NCBI GenBank assembly: GCA_039028615.1 | Contig: JBCCHT010000020.1 | Location: 64,001-128,000, forward strand | Reading direction: 5' to 3' | Source: Myxococcota bacterium | GTDB lineage: Bacteria > Myxococcota_A > Polyangia > Nannocystales > Nannocystaceae | Length of the DNA: 64,000 bases | Shown: positions 1 through 10,122 of the stretch, piece after piece | Layout: each line of letters begins with the position of its first letter | How positions within the stretch are numbered: the first letter of the stretch is position 1 | The notes under the pieces: model-generated | Database searches by the model: none | What the model was told of the DNA's origin: nothing | The model's input: only the letters and a program-made list of their open reading frames with translations | Made by a program: the position numbers and the translations under genes

Positions 1-1
1 T

Positions 2-475
2 GCTGCTGCTCAGGCCCGAAGTGCTGGCGGATGCCGAGTCTTCCGGCACGCTCTGCACCCCGGACTCGGCCGCCTTGGCTTCCTCTTGCTGAATGCGAAC
101 GAGCTCGTTGACATCGATGAGGCCCGACCCGGCGCTCGCCTTGGCCTGCGTCGCCAACCGGGCCGGCCGCGGAGTGTCGACCGGCGGCGGCGTGGGCTGT
201 CGAGCACGAGCGGCCGACTCGGCTTTGGCCTGCTCGGCCATGCCGGCCGCGATGGCTCGGATGTCGAGCAAGCCGGACTCCTTTTGGCTTCCGGGTGCCG
301 GCGTGGCCAAGCGGGCGCGAGCCTTCTTCGGCTTGTCGTCGGTCTTGGGAAGCTTGTCCCACGCGACCGGAGCCAACGCGGGCTCCTCACTCGCGGCGGG
401 TCGCCCCCAGCTGCCATCGCCCAATGAATCTCCCTTTTCGGAGTTGAACAGGCTCTCTGACCAATCGGCGCTCAT
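2..475 (-). CDS. Hypothetical protein, partial (runs off left edge), with myxobacterial SGL(L/I)D motifs
   Basis: Minus frame is open from ATG 475 to the edge: MSADWSESLFNSEKGD...SGLLDIRAIA...SGLIDVNELVRIQQEE. It is absent from the ORF track because there is no stop in the window; + ORF 93..554 is its antisense shadow. Confidence 0.65.
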   Translation of the reverse strand, partial: MSADWSESLFNSEKGDSLGDGSWGRPAASEEPALAPVAWDKLPKTDDKPKKARARLATPAPGSQKESGLLDIRAIAAGMAEQAKAESAARARQPTPPPVDTPRPARLATQAKASAGSGLIDVNELVRIQQEEAKAAESGVQSVPEDSASASTSGLSSS

Positions 476-744
476 CGTCGTTCTGCTTATGACTATGGCC
501 TACCTCGAAGATCCGAGGAAGCCCCGACACGGGACGAATCTTCAGTCTTTTTGAGGCACTCGAGGACGGCGCAGTTTCGCGCAAACGCGCTATTTGTGGC
601 GGGGCGGGGCTATCCGTGGCGCTAGGGATCGACCGTCGATCATGGTCGACCGACGAAGCGATCTCCCGCCCAGATCACGGGTCGTACATTTCCATCGCTC
701 GGCGACATTCCACCGACACTGTGGTACATCGCAGCCACTCCCCC

Positions 745-951
745 GTGACGTACAAGTTCGTCTTCGATCCGCAGGCCGAGTGCGTGCGACCCCTGGCCGG
801 GAATCCACCCCCCGCCCGACCACCGCTTCGGACCCGTCGCCGGCAGAGCGGCAGCTGGGCCATGGTGGTGATCGCGGTCGTGGCTTCGTTGTTCGGATAT
901 GGCGTGGTGCGGGCGGCGGTTCAGCACAACGCAGCCGCGACCTCGCGCTGA
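745..951 (+). CDS. Small hypothetical membrane protein
   Basis: GTG 745 is in the frame of ORF 616..951; one C-terminal TM segment (WAMVVIAVVASLFGYGVV). Start uncertain. Confidence 0.45.
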   Translation: MTYKFVFDPQAECVRPLAGNPPPARPPLRTRRRQSGSWAMVVIAVVASLFGYGVVRAAVQHNAAATSR

Positions 952-982
952 GACGAACGCGTCGCTCGACTCGAGCACGAGC

Positions 983-1942
983 TCAAGGCTCGGCGCCGTC
1001 GAGGATCCACTGCTCGATGGTGTCGATGAGGTCGGGCGCCAGGCCACCATCCGGCGCGGGCATGGGGTTGCCCTCGCCCCCCGCCTCGATGTGCGTGTTG
1101 TTGATCTTGTGCCACAGGTAGCTGTCGGCGGGCACACCGGGCTCGATGCGGTCGAGACCGGCCGCCTCGGTCGACGCCACGTCCACGAGGTTGGCGTAGC
1201 CGTCGGCCATGCTCAGCCCCGCCGGTTCGCCCGCGGTATGGCACTCGCAGTTGGCGTTGATGATGGGCTGGATCGTCTCGGCGAAGCTGATCGCGGGCTC
1301 GCCCGAGCTCTCGGCCGCCGTGTCGTCGGTCGTCTCCGCATCGCCGGAGGTGGTGGGGTCACCCGTGGTGTCGCCCATCTCGCCGCCGGTCGTCATGGGC
1401 TCGCCGGTCGTCGTCCCGGGATCGGCGTCGTCGTTGCCCGTGGTGGGGTTCGGGTCGCCCGTGGTCGCGCTGGGCTCGGCGTCGGAGAGCAGCGCATAGA
1501 AGATCGAGATCCCGTCGTCGATGCCGGTCACCAGCTGCTGCTCGAGGTTGATCTGCGCGACCGGGAGCGCTTCCCAGTTGCCCTGCCCCGATTCGAACGA
1601 GACCGCATCGACGGCCCCGACCGCCAACCCGGTGGTATCGGTGGGCAGCGTGGTCCGGTAGGTGACCGAGGCGGGAATCAGCAGCTCGGGGTTCGGCCGC
1701 ACCAGGTAGGCAGCACCGTAGACATCGGGCGGCTCGTTCGTCGACTCGATGAACAGCTCGACATCTTCTTCGAGCGCGCCGGGAAGGATGGCGATGGTCA
1801 AGACGCTGTCGAGTGAGGTGATGGTGCCCCCATTCGGGCCAATCACCACATTCGCCAGCTCCGTCGAACTACCGCCTCCCGAGTTGCATGCGGCGGCACC
1901 GAGCAGCAGAGCAAGGCCGTGAACACGAAGCGTTGCCTTCAT
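983..1942 (-). CDS. Lipoprotein: ZU5-like N-terminal domain, Thr/Gly/Asp linker, C-terminal cytochrome c-like domain (CxCH)
   Basis: Lipobox GAAAC; VIGPNGGTI...IAILPGAL; C-terminal FAETIQPIINANCECH...PGVPADSYLWHKI...MP...IEQWILDGA, resembling the planctomycete-type cytochrome c pattern. Confidence 0.8.
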   Translation of the reverse strand: MKATLRVHGLALLLGAAACNSGGGSSTELANVVIGPNGGTITSLDSVLTIAILPGALEEDVELFIESTNEPPDVYGAAYLVRPNPELLIPASVTYRTTLPTDTTGLAVGAVDAVSFESGQGNWEALPVAQINLEQQLVTGIDDGISIFYALLSDAEPSATTGDPNPTTGNDDADPGTTTGEPMTTGGEMGDTTGDPTTSGDAETTDDTAAESSGEPAISFAETIQPIINANCECHTAGEPAGLSMADGYANLVDVASTEAAGLDRIEPGVPADSYLWHKINNTHIEAGGEGNPMPAPDGGLAPDLIDTIEQWILDGAEP

Positions 1943-2068
1943 CGCAGTCTTCCCCGAACGCTGAAGGTAGCACGGTCACCTCGCCCGAAGGGCGGGCGCC
2001 ATCGCGCGAGCGCAAACCGGGCTGCCGGCGACGTTCGGGCTCGCGTATCCTCCGGCAGACCAGCCGTC

Positions 2069-3688
2069 ATGCCTTCCCTGCACCAGCTCGGGCTCGCCCT
2101 TCGCACCGCGCGACATCTGCGACCGCAACAGCTCGCCGCCCAGCTCGCTCACCGCGTGCGTGGGCCCGCTCGCATGCCTCGACGTCGGCGTGCGCCCGGC
2201 ATCGACTCGCTGGCTCCATGCTCGGTCGCCTTGTGCCCGTCGCCCGAAGGCCGACCCGGCGCCACTGGAATCGCGCTGGTCGGTCGCCCGCCCCACGACC
2301 CCACCACCGAAGGCTGGGACGCGGGCGCCAACCCGCTGTGGGCGTACACGCTGCACTACCACGGCTGGCTCAACCATCCCGAGGTGAGCACCGAGTTTGC
2401 CCGCGCGACCCTCGGGCACTGGATCGACGAGCATCGCCACGGCGTCGGCTGGGAGCCCTACCCCACTTCGCTCCGGGTGCTGCACTGGCTGGGCTGGCTG
2501 CATCGTCACGGCGCCGAGCTGCAGGCCTTCGAACGCGAGCGCATCTTCGGCTCGCTGGCGGCCCAGCTCGACCACCTCGCGGCCCACGTGGAGGTGCACA
2601 TCGATGGCAACCATCTGTGGACCAACCTCGTCGCGCTGACCACCGCGGGGCTCGCCCTGCGAGGACCCTTGCCGACCCGGCTGCTCGAGCGCTTCGAGGC
2701 TCGCACCGTCGACACCGTGCACGCCCAGCTCGCGGGCGACGGGATGCACGGCGAGCGAACGCCCTCGTACCACTGCCTGCTCACCGAGCAGCTCGCCGTG
2801 CTGTCGTCGTTTGCCCGGTCGCAGCGGCCCCGCCTCGCCCATGCGCTCGCGCCCGCGCTGTCGGCCATGCTCGAGTCGATCCCCGCGTTCACCCACCCCG
2901 ACGGCGACGTCGCGCTGTGGGGAGACAGCCAGCGCAACGCCCCCGTCACTCCCCAAACGCTGCTCGAGCGATTGGGTCGCACCATGCCCCGGGGGCATGC
3001 GGATGCCCCGGTCAGCGGCTTCGCCCGACGTCAGTGGGGGCCGTGGTCGCTGCTGTGGAATCGGGGCGACGTCGGCCTGTCGCACCAGGTCGGGCACGTG
3101 CACGGCGATGCCTTGGCGATCGAGCTCAGTCTCGGCGGCACGCGTGTGGTGGTCGATGCCGGGGTGGGCACCTACGAGATCGGGCCCGAGCGCGCCTACG
3201 CCCGATCCACCGCGGCCCACAACACGGTCACCGTGGGCTCGGGCGCGACCGACCAGCACGAGCTGTGGGCGAGCCATCGCATCGGGGCACGGGCGCAACC
3301 CCAGACCCTCGCCTGCGCCGACGATCGGATCGTGGCCGAGGTCCGCGGTCACGCCAGCCCGGCCACCCACCGCCGCCGCATCGAGCACGAGGGCGAGGTC
3401 ATCCGCGTGACCGACACCCTCGACCAACCGAACGTGCCGGCCGTGGTTCGCTACTTCGTCCCCGCCACGCTCGAGCCGAGGCTGCGCGGCGAGACCGTCG
3501 AGCTCGAGGCGGCCGGACGCCGGGTGCAGATCCGGGCGCCGGGCGGCCGCTGGCACGCCAGCGATGCTCCGGGCTGGGTCGGCATGGGTCGTAGCGCGCC
3601 GCGGGTGTGCCTGTCGCTGCCGCTGGGGATGCAGGGCACGGTCGTCGAGTTCCGCGCCCTCGGGGGCGGACCCGCGACGCCTCCCTGA
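2069..3688 (+). CDS. Heparinase II/III family protein
   Basis: LWAYTLHY, WEPYPTSLR, GNHLWTN, DGMHGERTPSYH, GHVHGDAL, VDAGVGTY, RSTAAHNTV. ATG 2069 chosen within ORF 1919..3688. Confidence 0.85.
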   Translation: MPSLHQLGLALRTARHLRPQQLAAQLAHRVRGPARMPRRRRAPGIDSLAPCSVALCPSPEGRPGATGIALVGRPPHDPTTEGWDAGANPLWAYTLHYHGWLNHPEVSTEFARATLGHWIDEHRHGVGWEPYPTSLRVLHWLGWLHRHGAELQAFERERIFGSLAAQLDHLAAHVEVHIDGNHLWTNLVALTTAGLALRGPLPTRLLERFEARTVDTVHAQLAGDGMHGERTPSYHCLLTEQLAVLSSFARSQRPRLAHALAPALSAMLESIPAFTHPDGDVALWGDSQRNAPVTPQTLLERLGRTMPRGHADAPVSGFARRQWGPWSLLWNRGDVGLSHQVGHVHGDALAIELSLGGTRVVVDAGVGTYEIGPERAYARSTAAHNTVTVGSGATDQHELWASHRIGARAQPQTLACADDRIVAEVRGHASPATHRRRIEHEGEVIRVTDTLDQPNVPAVVRYFVPATLEPRLRGETVELEAAGRRVQIRAPGGRWHASDAPGWVGMGRSAPRVCLSLPLGMQGTVVEFRALGGGPATPP

Positions 3689-3779
3689 TCGGCGCGATGA
3701 AAACGGGCCGTGGACCATCCGGGATCGGATGGCACACGGCCCGCACCTCGGGCTCGGGCGCATGCCCGAGCCCACCGCC

Positions 3780-4175
3780 TCAGCCCGTCTTGCGGGCCTT
3801 GCCCGGCCCGATCCAGATCGAGCTGGTCCGCGCCGCTCCGTTGGCGGCCTCGTCCGCGGCGGTCCCCACCGTGTTCACCAGCGCCTCCACGCCCTGCTGA
3901 GAAGTGGAGAGGGTGTCCTCGATGACGGCGTCCACGTGACCCACGAGTCGGCGCGTCAGCGACGTGAAGCCCTGCTGGGTGCTCTCTACGGTGTCGAACA
4001 CGTCCTTGAGTCGGGCCTTCCACTCACCGTGGACGTCACGGGCGGCGGTGAAGCTGGTTTGTACGAGCTTGCGTGCGTAGCCGGTGCCCAAACCGATCCA
4101 GGTCTGGAGGATCGCCTCGGACGGGCGGGTGAGCGCAGTGACATCGCTATCGTGCTCTTCCATGGTCTGGACCAT
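3780..4175 (-). CDS. Hypothetical helical protein (phasin-like composition)
   Basis: 131 aa amphipathic helical sequence with host-like codon usage; family call is weak. Confidence 0.55.
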   Translation of the reverse strand: MVQTMEEHDSDVTALTRPSEAILQTWIGLGTGYARKLVQTSFTAARDVHGEWKARLKDVFDTVESTQQGFTSLTRRLVGHVDAVIEDTLSTSQQGVEALVNTVGTAADEAANGAARTSSIWIGPGKARKTG

Positions 4176-4357
4176 GACAAGGATCGATGCCCGCGACGAT
4201 GATCCGCGGTCGAATGCTGATGGCCAAATACCGGTAGAAGAGCGGCGTATTCGGTGGGACGCCGTCCTTCGTAAAGGCAGTCAACGGGAGCGCAATCGAA
4301 CGAGGCCGCGACTCCGCCCGGAGCCGCGACCTACTCGATCGGCGTGTCGCGACTGAA

Positions 4358-6490
4358 TCAGTGCGCCTGCGGATCGCCGCCGTGCCAGTAGTCGGCGCTA
4401 TAGACCGTCACGCCGCCCGGCGGCGTACTGAATGCGGTCACGCGCATCTCCAGACAGCGGCCACCGATCTCGGAGCCCTCGAGGCGAACCGACTTGCGCG
4501 GGTCATAGCTCATGTCCGCGCTCACCAGCACCTCGCCGCCGCCCGGGGGACAGGTATCGTAAAGACGCGCCACGACGTCCGAGACCCCGTTGAAGTCGTC
4601 CTCGGACCAGGTCACCGCCCACTTGTACTGCTGCACGGCAGGGCTCTCGGCCACGGCATCACCGACGGTCCAGCTCTTGGTCTGCCCTTCGACCAAGTGT
4701 TCCGACCGCCAGCCCCAACCCCACGGCGCCGTGAGGCTGTCGTTCGACGGGAAGTGGGCCTTGATGCGCCCGAAGCCCGAGGTGTCCGACACCCCCGTGT
4801 TGCGATCCGCCGACTGATCGTAGTCCCACTTGTCGCCCAGCAGCAGCAGGTTGACCATCAGGGCGTGGGCGTCTTGCACGGGGCCGTTCCACTCCATCGC
4901 ATCGAAGTGATCGCGCATGTTGGCCGCGATGGCAGCCACGATGGGGGACGCGACCGAGGTGCCGCATTCGGAGCTCGTGGCGTATCCGTTCACGCCGCTT
5001 TGTGGGAACCGCACGGCACAGCCCGGGGCCGCCAAGTCGACCGCCGCGGCCGTTCGCTGCGGACCGTCGTGGATCTCGATGGCAATCCCGCCGCGGCTCG
5101 AATCCGTGCGCAACGACGCATCGTCGTAGTCGACCGTCGTGTCGGTATCGAGCGCCGCCACCGATACGACGTCGGGATGATTGGCGGGGTAGTTCACGTT
5201 GCAGCCAGCGCCGTGACCTTCGTTGCCCGCCGCCGAGACCAGCAGCACGCCCGCATCCGCGGCGTTGGCCAGCGCCTCGTTCATGCACGAATAGTCGGGA
5301 TCGCAGAACGTGCTCGATACGGCCCGGAGGCCAAAGGACATGTTGATCACGTCGACCTCGTCCAGCACCGCCTGCTCCACTGCCGCCTCCAGGCCCTGGC
5401 AGAAATTCGAGCCCGCGTAGTAGTAGATCGACGACTCGGTGGCGATCCCGCTTCGCTGCTCGCGTTGAATCGTGTTGGTGATGGAGGAGTCCTGACCATC
5501 GGTGAGATCACCGCTGGCCAGCGACGCGACCAGCGTGCCGTGGCTGCCGTTGGGAGCGTTCATGGTCGTGGTGCTGCACCCGCTCCCGTCGCAGTCGTAG
5601 TTCTCGGCGATACGGCTCAACGTGGACCAGTTCACGGTTCGCCAGGCGACGTGATTGCGGTTGATCCAGTTCGACCCGTTGTTGAGCTCGATCACCCCCA
5701 CGCGGACCCGCAGCCCGTTGGCTCGTGCGCCCGTGAAGCTGTCTCGGCTCGCCGCCAGCAGCTCGTTCGCCAGCGTGTTGTTGCGGATGTCTCGACCGTC
5801 GTAGGTGGCCAGCGTCACGCCCTCGGCGTCGAGTTCGATCTCGGTCACCTCGGGGAGTCGGCTGAGTTCCTCGACGCGGCCGGCATCGATCTCCACCAAC
5901 ACGTGGCTGGAGATCCAGCGGCGGCCGAGCACGGTGCCGCCCAAGGCCTCGATGCGCGAGCCGACGCGAAGCTGCACCGGCTCGAGTCCCGCTCGTCGCT
6001 CCGCGATGGCCTCGCGGCGAGCCTCGCCCGTGCGCCCCTGGAAGCGGTGAAAGTCGGTGGGGGGCGCATCCACGGAGACGAGCAGGCTCAGGCGCTCGGT
6101 GGGCTCGAGACTCGCGGCATGGGCCACCGCGGTCTCGGTGGGGCTGACGGCCAGGCGGGGCGACTCGGGCGCGGCCCCATGTCGTGCGACGCTGGCGGTC
6201 AGATCGGTGGGCGACCACGGCACGACCCGCGCGGGAGCGAGGCCCATGGAGCGCGCTTCCCCGCGGTCATCGACCATGACCGCCTCACCACGGCCATCGG
6301 GGCTCTCGAAACGCTCGACCGGATGCTCGGGTCGCTCGTGCTCTTCGCCTTCATCTTCCAACTCGACCAGCGTGACTTCATCGATGGACTCGCTCAGCTC
6401 GAGCTCGGCGTCGAGGCTGGAGTCCTGGGAGGCGGTGGTGCACGCGGCAAGGCCGACGAGCACCGACAATAGGTGGCGGTGATTGTTCAT
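4358..6490 (-). CDS. S8 subtilisin-like serine peptidase lipoprotein
   Basis: Lipobox GLAAC; propeptide; SHGTLVAS (His), VINMSFG, AAGNEG (oxyanion Asn), GTSVASP (Ser); first triad position reads VGVIE. Confidence 0.9.
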   Translation of the reverse strand: MNNHRHLLSVLVGLAACTTASQDSSLDAELELSESIDEVTLVELEDEGEEHERPEHPVERFESPDGRGEAVMVDDRGEARSMGLAPARVVPWSPTDLTASVARHGAAPESPRLAVSPTETAVAHAASLEPTERLSLLVSVDAPPTDFHRFQGRTGEARREAIAERRAGLEPVQLRVGSRIEALGGTVLGRRWISSHVLVEIDAGRVEELSRLPEVTEIELDAEGVTLATYDGRDIRNNTLANELLAASRDSFTGARANGLRVRVGVIELNNGSNWINRNHVAWRTVNWSTLSRIAENYDCDGSGCSTTTMNAPNGSHGTLVASLASGDLTDGQDSSITNTIQREQRSGIATESSIYYYAGSNFCQGLEAAVEQAVLDEVDVINMSFGLRAVSSTFCDPDYSCMNEALANAADAGVLLVSAAGNEGHGAGCNVNYPANHPDVVSVAALDTDTTVDYDDASLRTDSSRGGIAIEIHDGPQRTAAAVDLAAPGCAVRFPQSGVNGYATSSECGTSVASPIVAAIAANMRDHFDAMEWNGPVQDAHALMVNLLLLGDKWDYDQSADRNTGVSDTSGFGRIKAHFPSNDSLTAPWGWGWRSEHLVEGQTKSWTVGDAVAESPAVQQYKWAVTWSEDDFNGVSDVVARLYDTCPPGGGEVLVSADMSYDPRKSVRLEGSEIGGRCLEMRVTAFSTPPGGVTVYSADYWHGGDPQAH

Positions 6491-6566
6491 TGGGGGCTTT
6501 CTCGACGTTGAAGGAGTCGCCGTTGCGGTGACTCGCTCCTAGGACGACCTGCGCCCGCCGATCCCC

Positions 6567-9416
6567 TCAGGGCTTTTTTGAATCGCGATGACGTCGAAGC
6601 ACGCGCCATCCCGCCGCCGCGATTCCCAGGCACAACAGCGCCGCGCCCACGAGCAGCCAACGTCGCCACGGCCACCACCACGGGCGCGGGACCAGCACCA
6701 AGTCGCCTCGGCCTACCACCACCACGCCAGCCCATGCCGCCGTCGGAGCCCCTTCGGCGATCATGTCGCGCTGCGCCAACGCCAGGGACGCGGAGAGCGA
6801 ATGGCCTTCGTCGAGGTGGGAGTACAGCCGCGAGAACAAGGCCATGGCGTCGGCATCGGCCAGGGCCCAGCGGCTCGCCACCACCGCCTGCGCCCCGCTC
6901 TGCAAGAAGGCCCGCGCCAGGCTCATCACCCCCTCACCGCGTACGAAGGCCCCCGAGGCGCCGCTGCAGGCCGACAGCACGACCACCTGGCCATCGAGCG
7001 GAAGACGGACGATCTCCCGCGCCTGCAGCAGACCGTCCTCCCCGTCGCCGCCCGGGGTGAGCACCACCGCCGAGCGCTCGGGCTCCTCGGCGTCCATCAC
7101 CGCATGGGTCGCAAAGTGCAGCATGCCGTACTGCGACAGCTCCGAGGCCTTGAGAAACCGTTCGCTCGCCGAGTCACCGACTTCGGCCCGGCGCGGCTCG
7201 GCGTTCCACAGCTCGGTGATGGTCTCGACCTCCTGGCGAGCCCGCGGCAAGGTGCCCAGCTCGACGCCATCCTCCAGCGTGCCCGCCCGCCACGATGCGT
7301 TGCCCGGCGACGGCTGGATCCGCGGCGCCATGGCCAACAAGCCAGCGGCCGGAGCTTCGGGCCGGGCCCGCCAGTCCATCCAGCTCGTCACCGAGGGCAC
7401 GACGGAGATCGAGTAACGGCTGGCCAGGGGAGGAGCGGAGGGTCCGTCGCTCAGCGCCGAGAAGGGCAAGGCCCACAGACCGCCGTCGGGCACGATCACC
7501 AGGCGCTTCACCGCGGGATCGAGCTCCGCCAGCGCGGGCGCGACGAGCTCGCGATGAAGCTGAGACAACGCGGGACGCTCACTCCCGTCGCGGCGCACGA
7601 GCAGACCTTCGATGAAGCCGAGGGAGCCCTCGATGGCCCGACGCTCGGGAATGGGCACCACCCGCACGTCGTCGCGGGTCATCGTCCAGACCCACGCACC
7701 ACCCTCGGGTGCGCCCGAGAGGTTGCGCTCGTCGGCGAGCTGGTAGCTGATCAGCGCCTCGTCGGGGGCCAGCGCAGCTCGGACTTCGTCGAGCCCGGGG
7801 AACCGAGGCAGCAACAGCTCGCCGATGCTCCTTCGGCCGCGATGGAGGAATCCCCGCCGCACCCGCTCGCGCCGCTCGAGCTTCACGAGGCGGTCGAGGG
7901 CCTGTGCGCGCGGCTCGGCCTCGAGCGCGGGCGAGAGCAACGAGCGCTGGAGCACGGTGATCTCCTGCAGCGTCGATCTCCAGCGCTGCTCGTCGGGGTC
8001 GAGGGTGGGCTTCGGGTTCGCGTCGGCGCGACGCAGGCCGTCGAGCAACGAGCGCGCCCGCAGTCGCTCCATCGTCCCGAACGCCAGCGCCAGATCGGCG
8101 CGCGTACGCTCGGGCGCCGCCAACAGCGAGCCCGCGAAGAAATAGTAGCCATAGGCAGACCGCCGCATGGCCTGGCTGCGATCGTGCTCGTCGGTCTGGA
8201 GGTCGCGCAGCAGCTCGACGTCGTCGAACAGCCGCTGCGCCCGCGTCGTGGCCAACGCACGATCCCCAGACCGCCACGCCGCCACCGTCCGCACGAACCC
8301 CGACAAGATCCGCGGCTGACGATTGCCGGAGCGCCGCGCCTCGACATCGACGGCATCGCTCAGCGCCCGCCCCTGCGCGTCTTCGCCTTGCAGCAGCAGA
8401 TGCAAGGCCCGCCACGCCTCGGCCTCGATCCGGTATTGCGGGTCATCGATCTCCGCGCACCGCCCGTAGGCCGCCACCGCGTCTTCGTGGTGCCCCCGCG
8501 CGCTGGCCAGGCTCCCTTCCAGACACCACAGGCTGGCCGCCGTGTTCACCTGCTGCGCCCGAGCGGCCAGGGCATGCGCGGCGTCGAGGCGCTCGCGGAG
8601 CGACGCGGGCAGGGGTCCGTCGCGCAGCTCGATCGAGCTCAGCTCGAGCTCGATCAACGACGCCGCAGCGAAGGCTTCGACATAGGCATCGTCGTGCTCG
8701 CGGGAAGCCTCGAGCATCTGCTGGTAGTCGGCTCGCGCCCGCCCCGGCTTGCCCAGCCGCTGCCACAGCTCGGCCCGCGCCCGCAGGCCGTGCATGACCA
8801 CCGTGTACGAGCCTTGCTCGGCGGCCCGAGGAATGCCCGCGTCGTACAGCGCCCGCGCGATGATGAGGTCTCCGCCCCCGCGCAAGATCGTAAAGCCCAG
8901 CTCCACCTCGCCCGCCGCCTGCATCTCGGGCATGCCCGCCGCCTCGCCCAGCTCGATCAAGCGCTCGAACGCACGCTCGGCCTGCGCGTACTGCCCCAGG
9001 GACCGCGACCACTGGCCGTAGTTGGCCAAGAGCGTGGCCTGGTCGGCCACGTCGGCGTCGGGCGGAAAGGGGTCGACCAGCTCGGCCACCAGCCCCACCG
9101 CCCGACGCATGTCACCGCGATCGGCCACCACCGAGGCGAGGCCGAGCCGCGCCCAGGCAGGCCCCGACGAGCGCTCGACCAGCGCTTCGAGCTCGCGCTG
9201 CGCCTCGTCCCAGGCTTGGTCGCGCCGCGCCGCTTCGTAAAAACACATGGCGTCGGCGCGGGACAGCGGCTCGCTCGCGGCGGCAGCTCGGCACGCCGTC
9301 ATCGCGTCGGCCGAAGGGGACTCGACCGGCGCCGCCCGAGCCGAGCCCGAGGCCCCGCACACCAGCGCCAGCACCAGCGGTGCCGACCGACCCAGGCGAG
9401 ACCCACTCGAGTTCAT
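6567..9416 (-). CDS. TPR-CHAT (caspase-like) protease with signal peptide and C-terminal TM helix
   Basis: ERLRARSLLD, LVIVPDGGL, HFATHA (catalytic His), DGLLQAREI, VVLSACSG (catalytic Cys), GEGVMSLARAF, WAG; N-terminal signal peptide; C-terminal WLLVGAALLCLGIAAAGW followed by a basic tail. Confidence 0.92.
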   Translation of the reverse strand: MNSSGSRLGRSAPLVLALVCGASGSARAAPVESPSADAMTACRAAAASEPLSRADAMCFYEAARRDQAWDEAQRELEALVERSSGPAWARLGLASVVADRGDMRRAVGLVAELVDPFPPDADVADQATLLANYGQWSRSLGQYAQAERAFERLIELGEAAGMPEMQAAGEVELGFTILRGGGDLIIARALYDAGIPRAAEQGSYTVVMHGLRARAELWQRLGKPGRARADYQQMLEASREHDDAYVEAFAAASLIELELSSIELRDGPLPASLRERLDAAHALAARAQQVNTAASLWCLEGSLASARGHHEDAVAAYGRCAEIDDPQYRIEAEAWRALHLLLQGEDAQGRALSDAVDVEARRSGNRQPRILSGFVRTVAAWRSGDRALATTRAQRLFDDVELLRDLQTDEHDRSQAMRRSAYGYYFFAGSLLAAPERTRADLALAFGTMERLRARSLLDGLRRADANPKPTLDPDEQRWRSTLQEITVLQRSLLSPALEAEPRAQALDRLVKLERRERVRRGFLHRGRRSIGELLLPRFPGLDEVRAALAPDEALISYQLADERNLSGAPEGGAWVWTMTRDDVRVVPIPERRAIEGSLGFIEGLLVRRDGSERPALSQLHRELVAPALAELDPAVKRLVIVPDGGLWALPFSALSDGPSAPPLASRYSISVVPSVTSWMDWRARPEAPAAGLLAMAPRIQPSPGNASWRAGTLEDGVELGTLPRARQEVETITELWNAEPRRAEVGDSASERFLKASELSQYGMLHFATHAVMDAEEPERSAVVLTPGGDGEDGLLQAREIVRLPLDGQVVVLSACSGASGAFVRGEGVMSLARAFLQSGAQAVVASRWALADADAMALFSRLYSHLDEGHSLSASLALAQRDMIAEGAPTAAWAGVVVVGRGDLVLVPRPWWWPWRRWLLVGAALLCLGIAAAGWRVLRRHRDSKKP

Positions 9417-9423
9417 GGCTCGA

Positions 9424-10122
9424 CTACCGTATCGTGGCGATGAAGGTCTCCGACACGATGCGGCGCCCGTCGGACCGTACGGCCTCGACTCGCCACAACA
9501 GCCGGGCGTCGTGGGGAATGCTCACCACCGTCTCGGCCGCGATCGAGTAGCGAGGCTCCTCGAGGGCCAGCGACTCCACCACGACCTCGAGCTGGGGCGT
9601 GCGCACGAACAGCTCGTAGCGCACGGCATCGGTCACCTCGGTCCACTCCAGCGTCGGGTCGGCCCGCGTCACGTCTCCGTCGCCCCGGATGGCCGAGATC
9701 CCCGCTTCGGCGCCCCGCAAGGTCCCCGCGTCGTCGGAGTACGGCTCGATGCCCCCGCGCGGCCACGCCAACACCAGCAGCACTGCGGCGGCGAGCAGAG
9801 CGACGACGGGCACGAGCCGCACGATCGCCGCCGGACGAGGGCCGCGCTCGACCCCCTGCAACGGCGACTTCGTCCGCGCGGAGTCCTGCTCGGCAAAGGC
9901 CTCCTCGGCAAAGGCCGCGGCCAAGCGCCAGTCCTCGGCCAACGCGGAATCGTCGGCCATGCGCTCGGCCAGTCGCGCCACCGCGGCCGGCTCGGCGTCG
10001 CCGTGGACCGCCGACCACAGAGCCTCGGCATCGATCTCGTCGTGATTCGACCGCGGCGGTCGCTCGGCGAAGGCCCGAGCCAACGCCTCGTCCGCAGCGC
10101 TTCGTTGCTCGATGCGGCTCAT
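9424..10122 (-). CDS. Putative anti-sigma factor (cytoplasmic anti-sigma-like domain, TM, extracytoplasmic beta domain)
   Basis: ATG overlaps the sigma stop (ATGA at 10119-10122); helical N-terminus, TM VPVVALLAAAVLLVLAW, then TLRG and an FN3/Ig-like region. Confidence 0.7.
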   Translation of the reverse strand: MSRIEQRSAADEALARAFAERPPRSNHDEIDAEALWSAVHGDAEPAAVARLAERMADDSALAEDWRLAAAFAEEAFAEQDSARTKSPLQGVERGPRPAAIVRLVPVVALLAAAVLLVLAWPRGGIEPYSDDAGTLRGAEAGISAIRGDGDVTRADPTLEWTEVTDAVRYELFVRTPQLEVVVESLALEEPRYSIAAETVVSIPHDARLLWRVEAVRSDGRRIVSETFIATIR

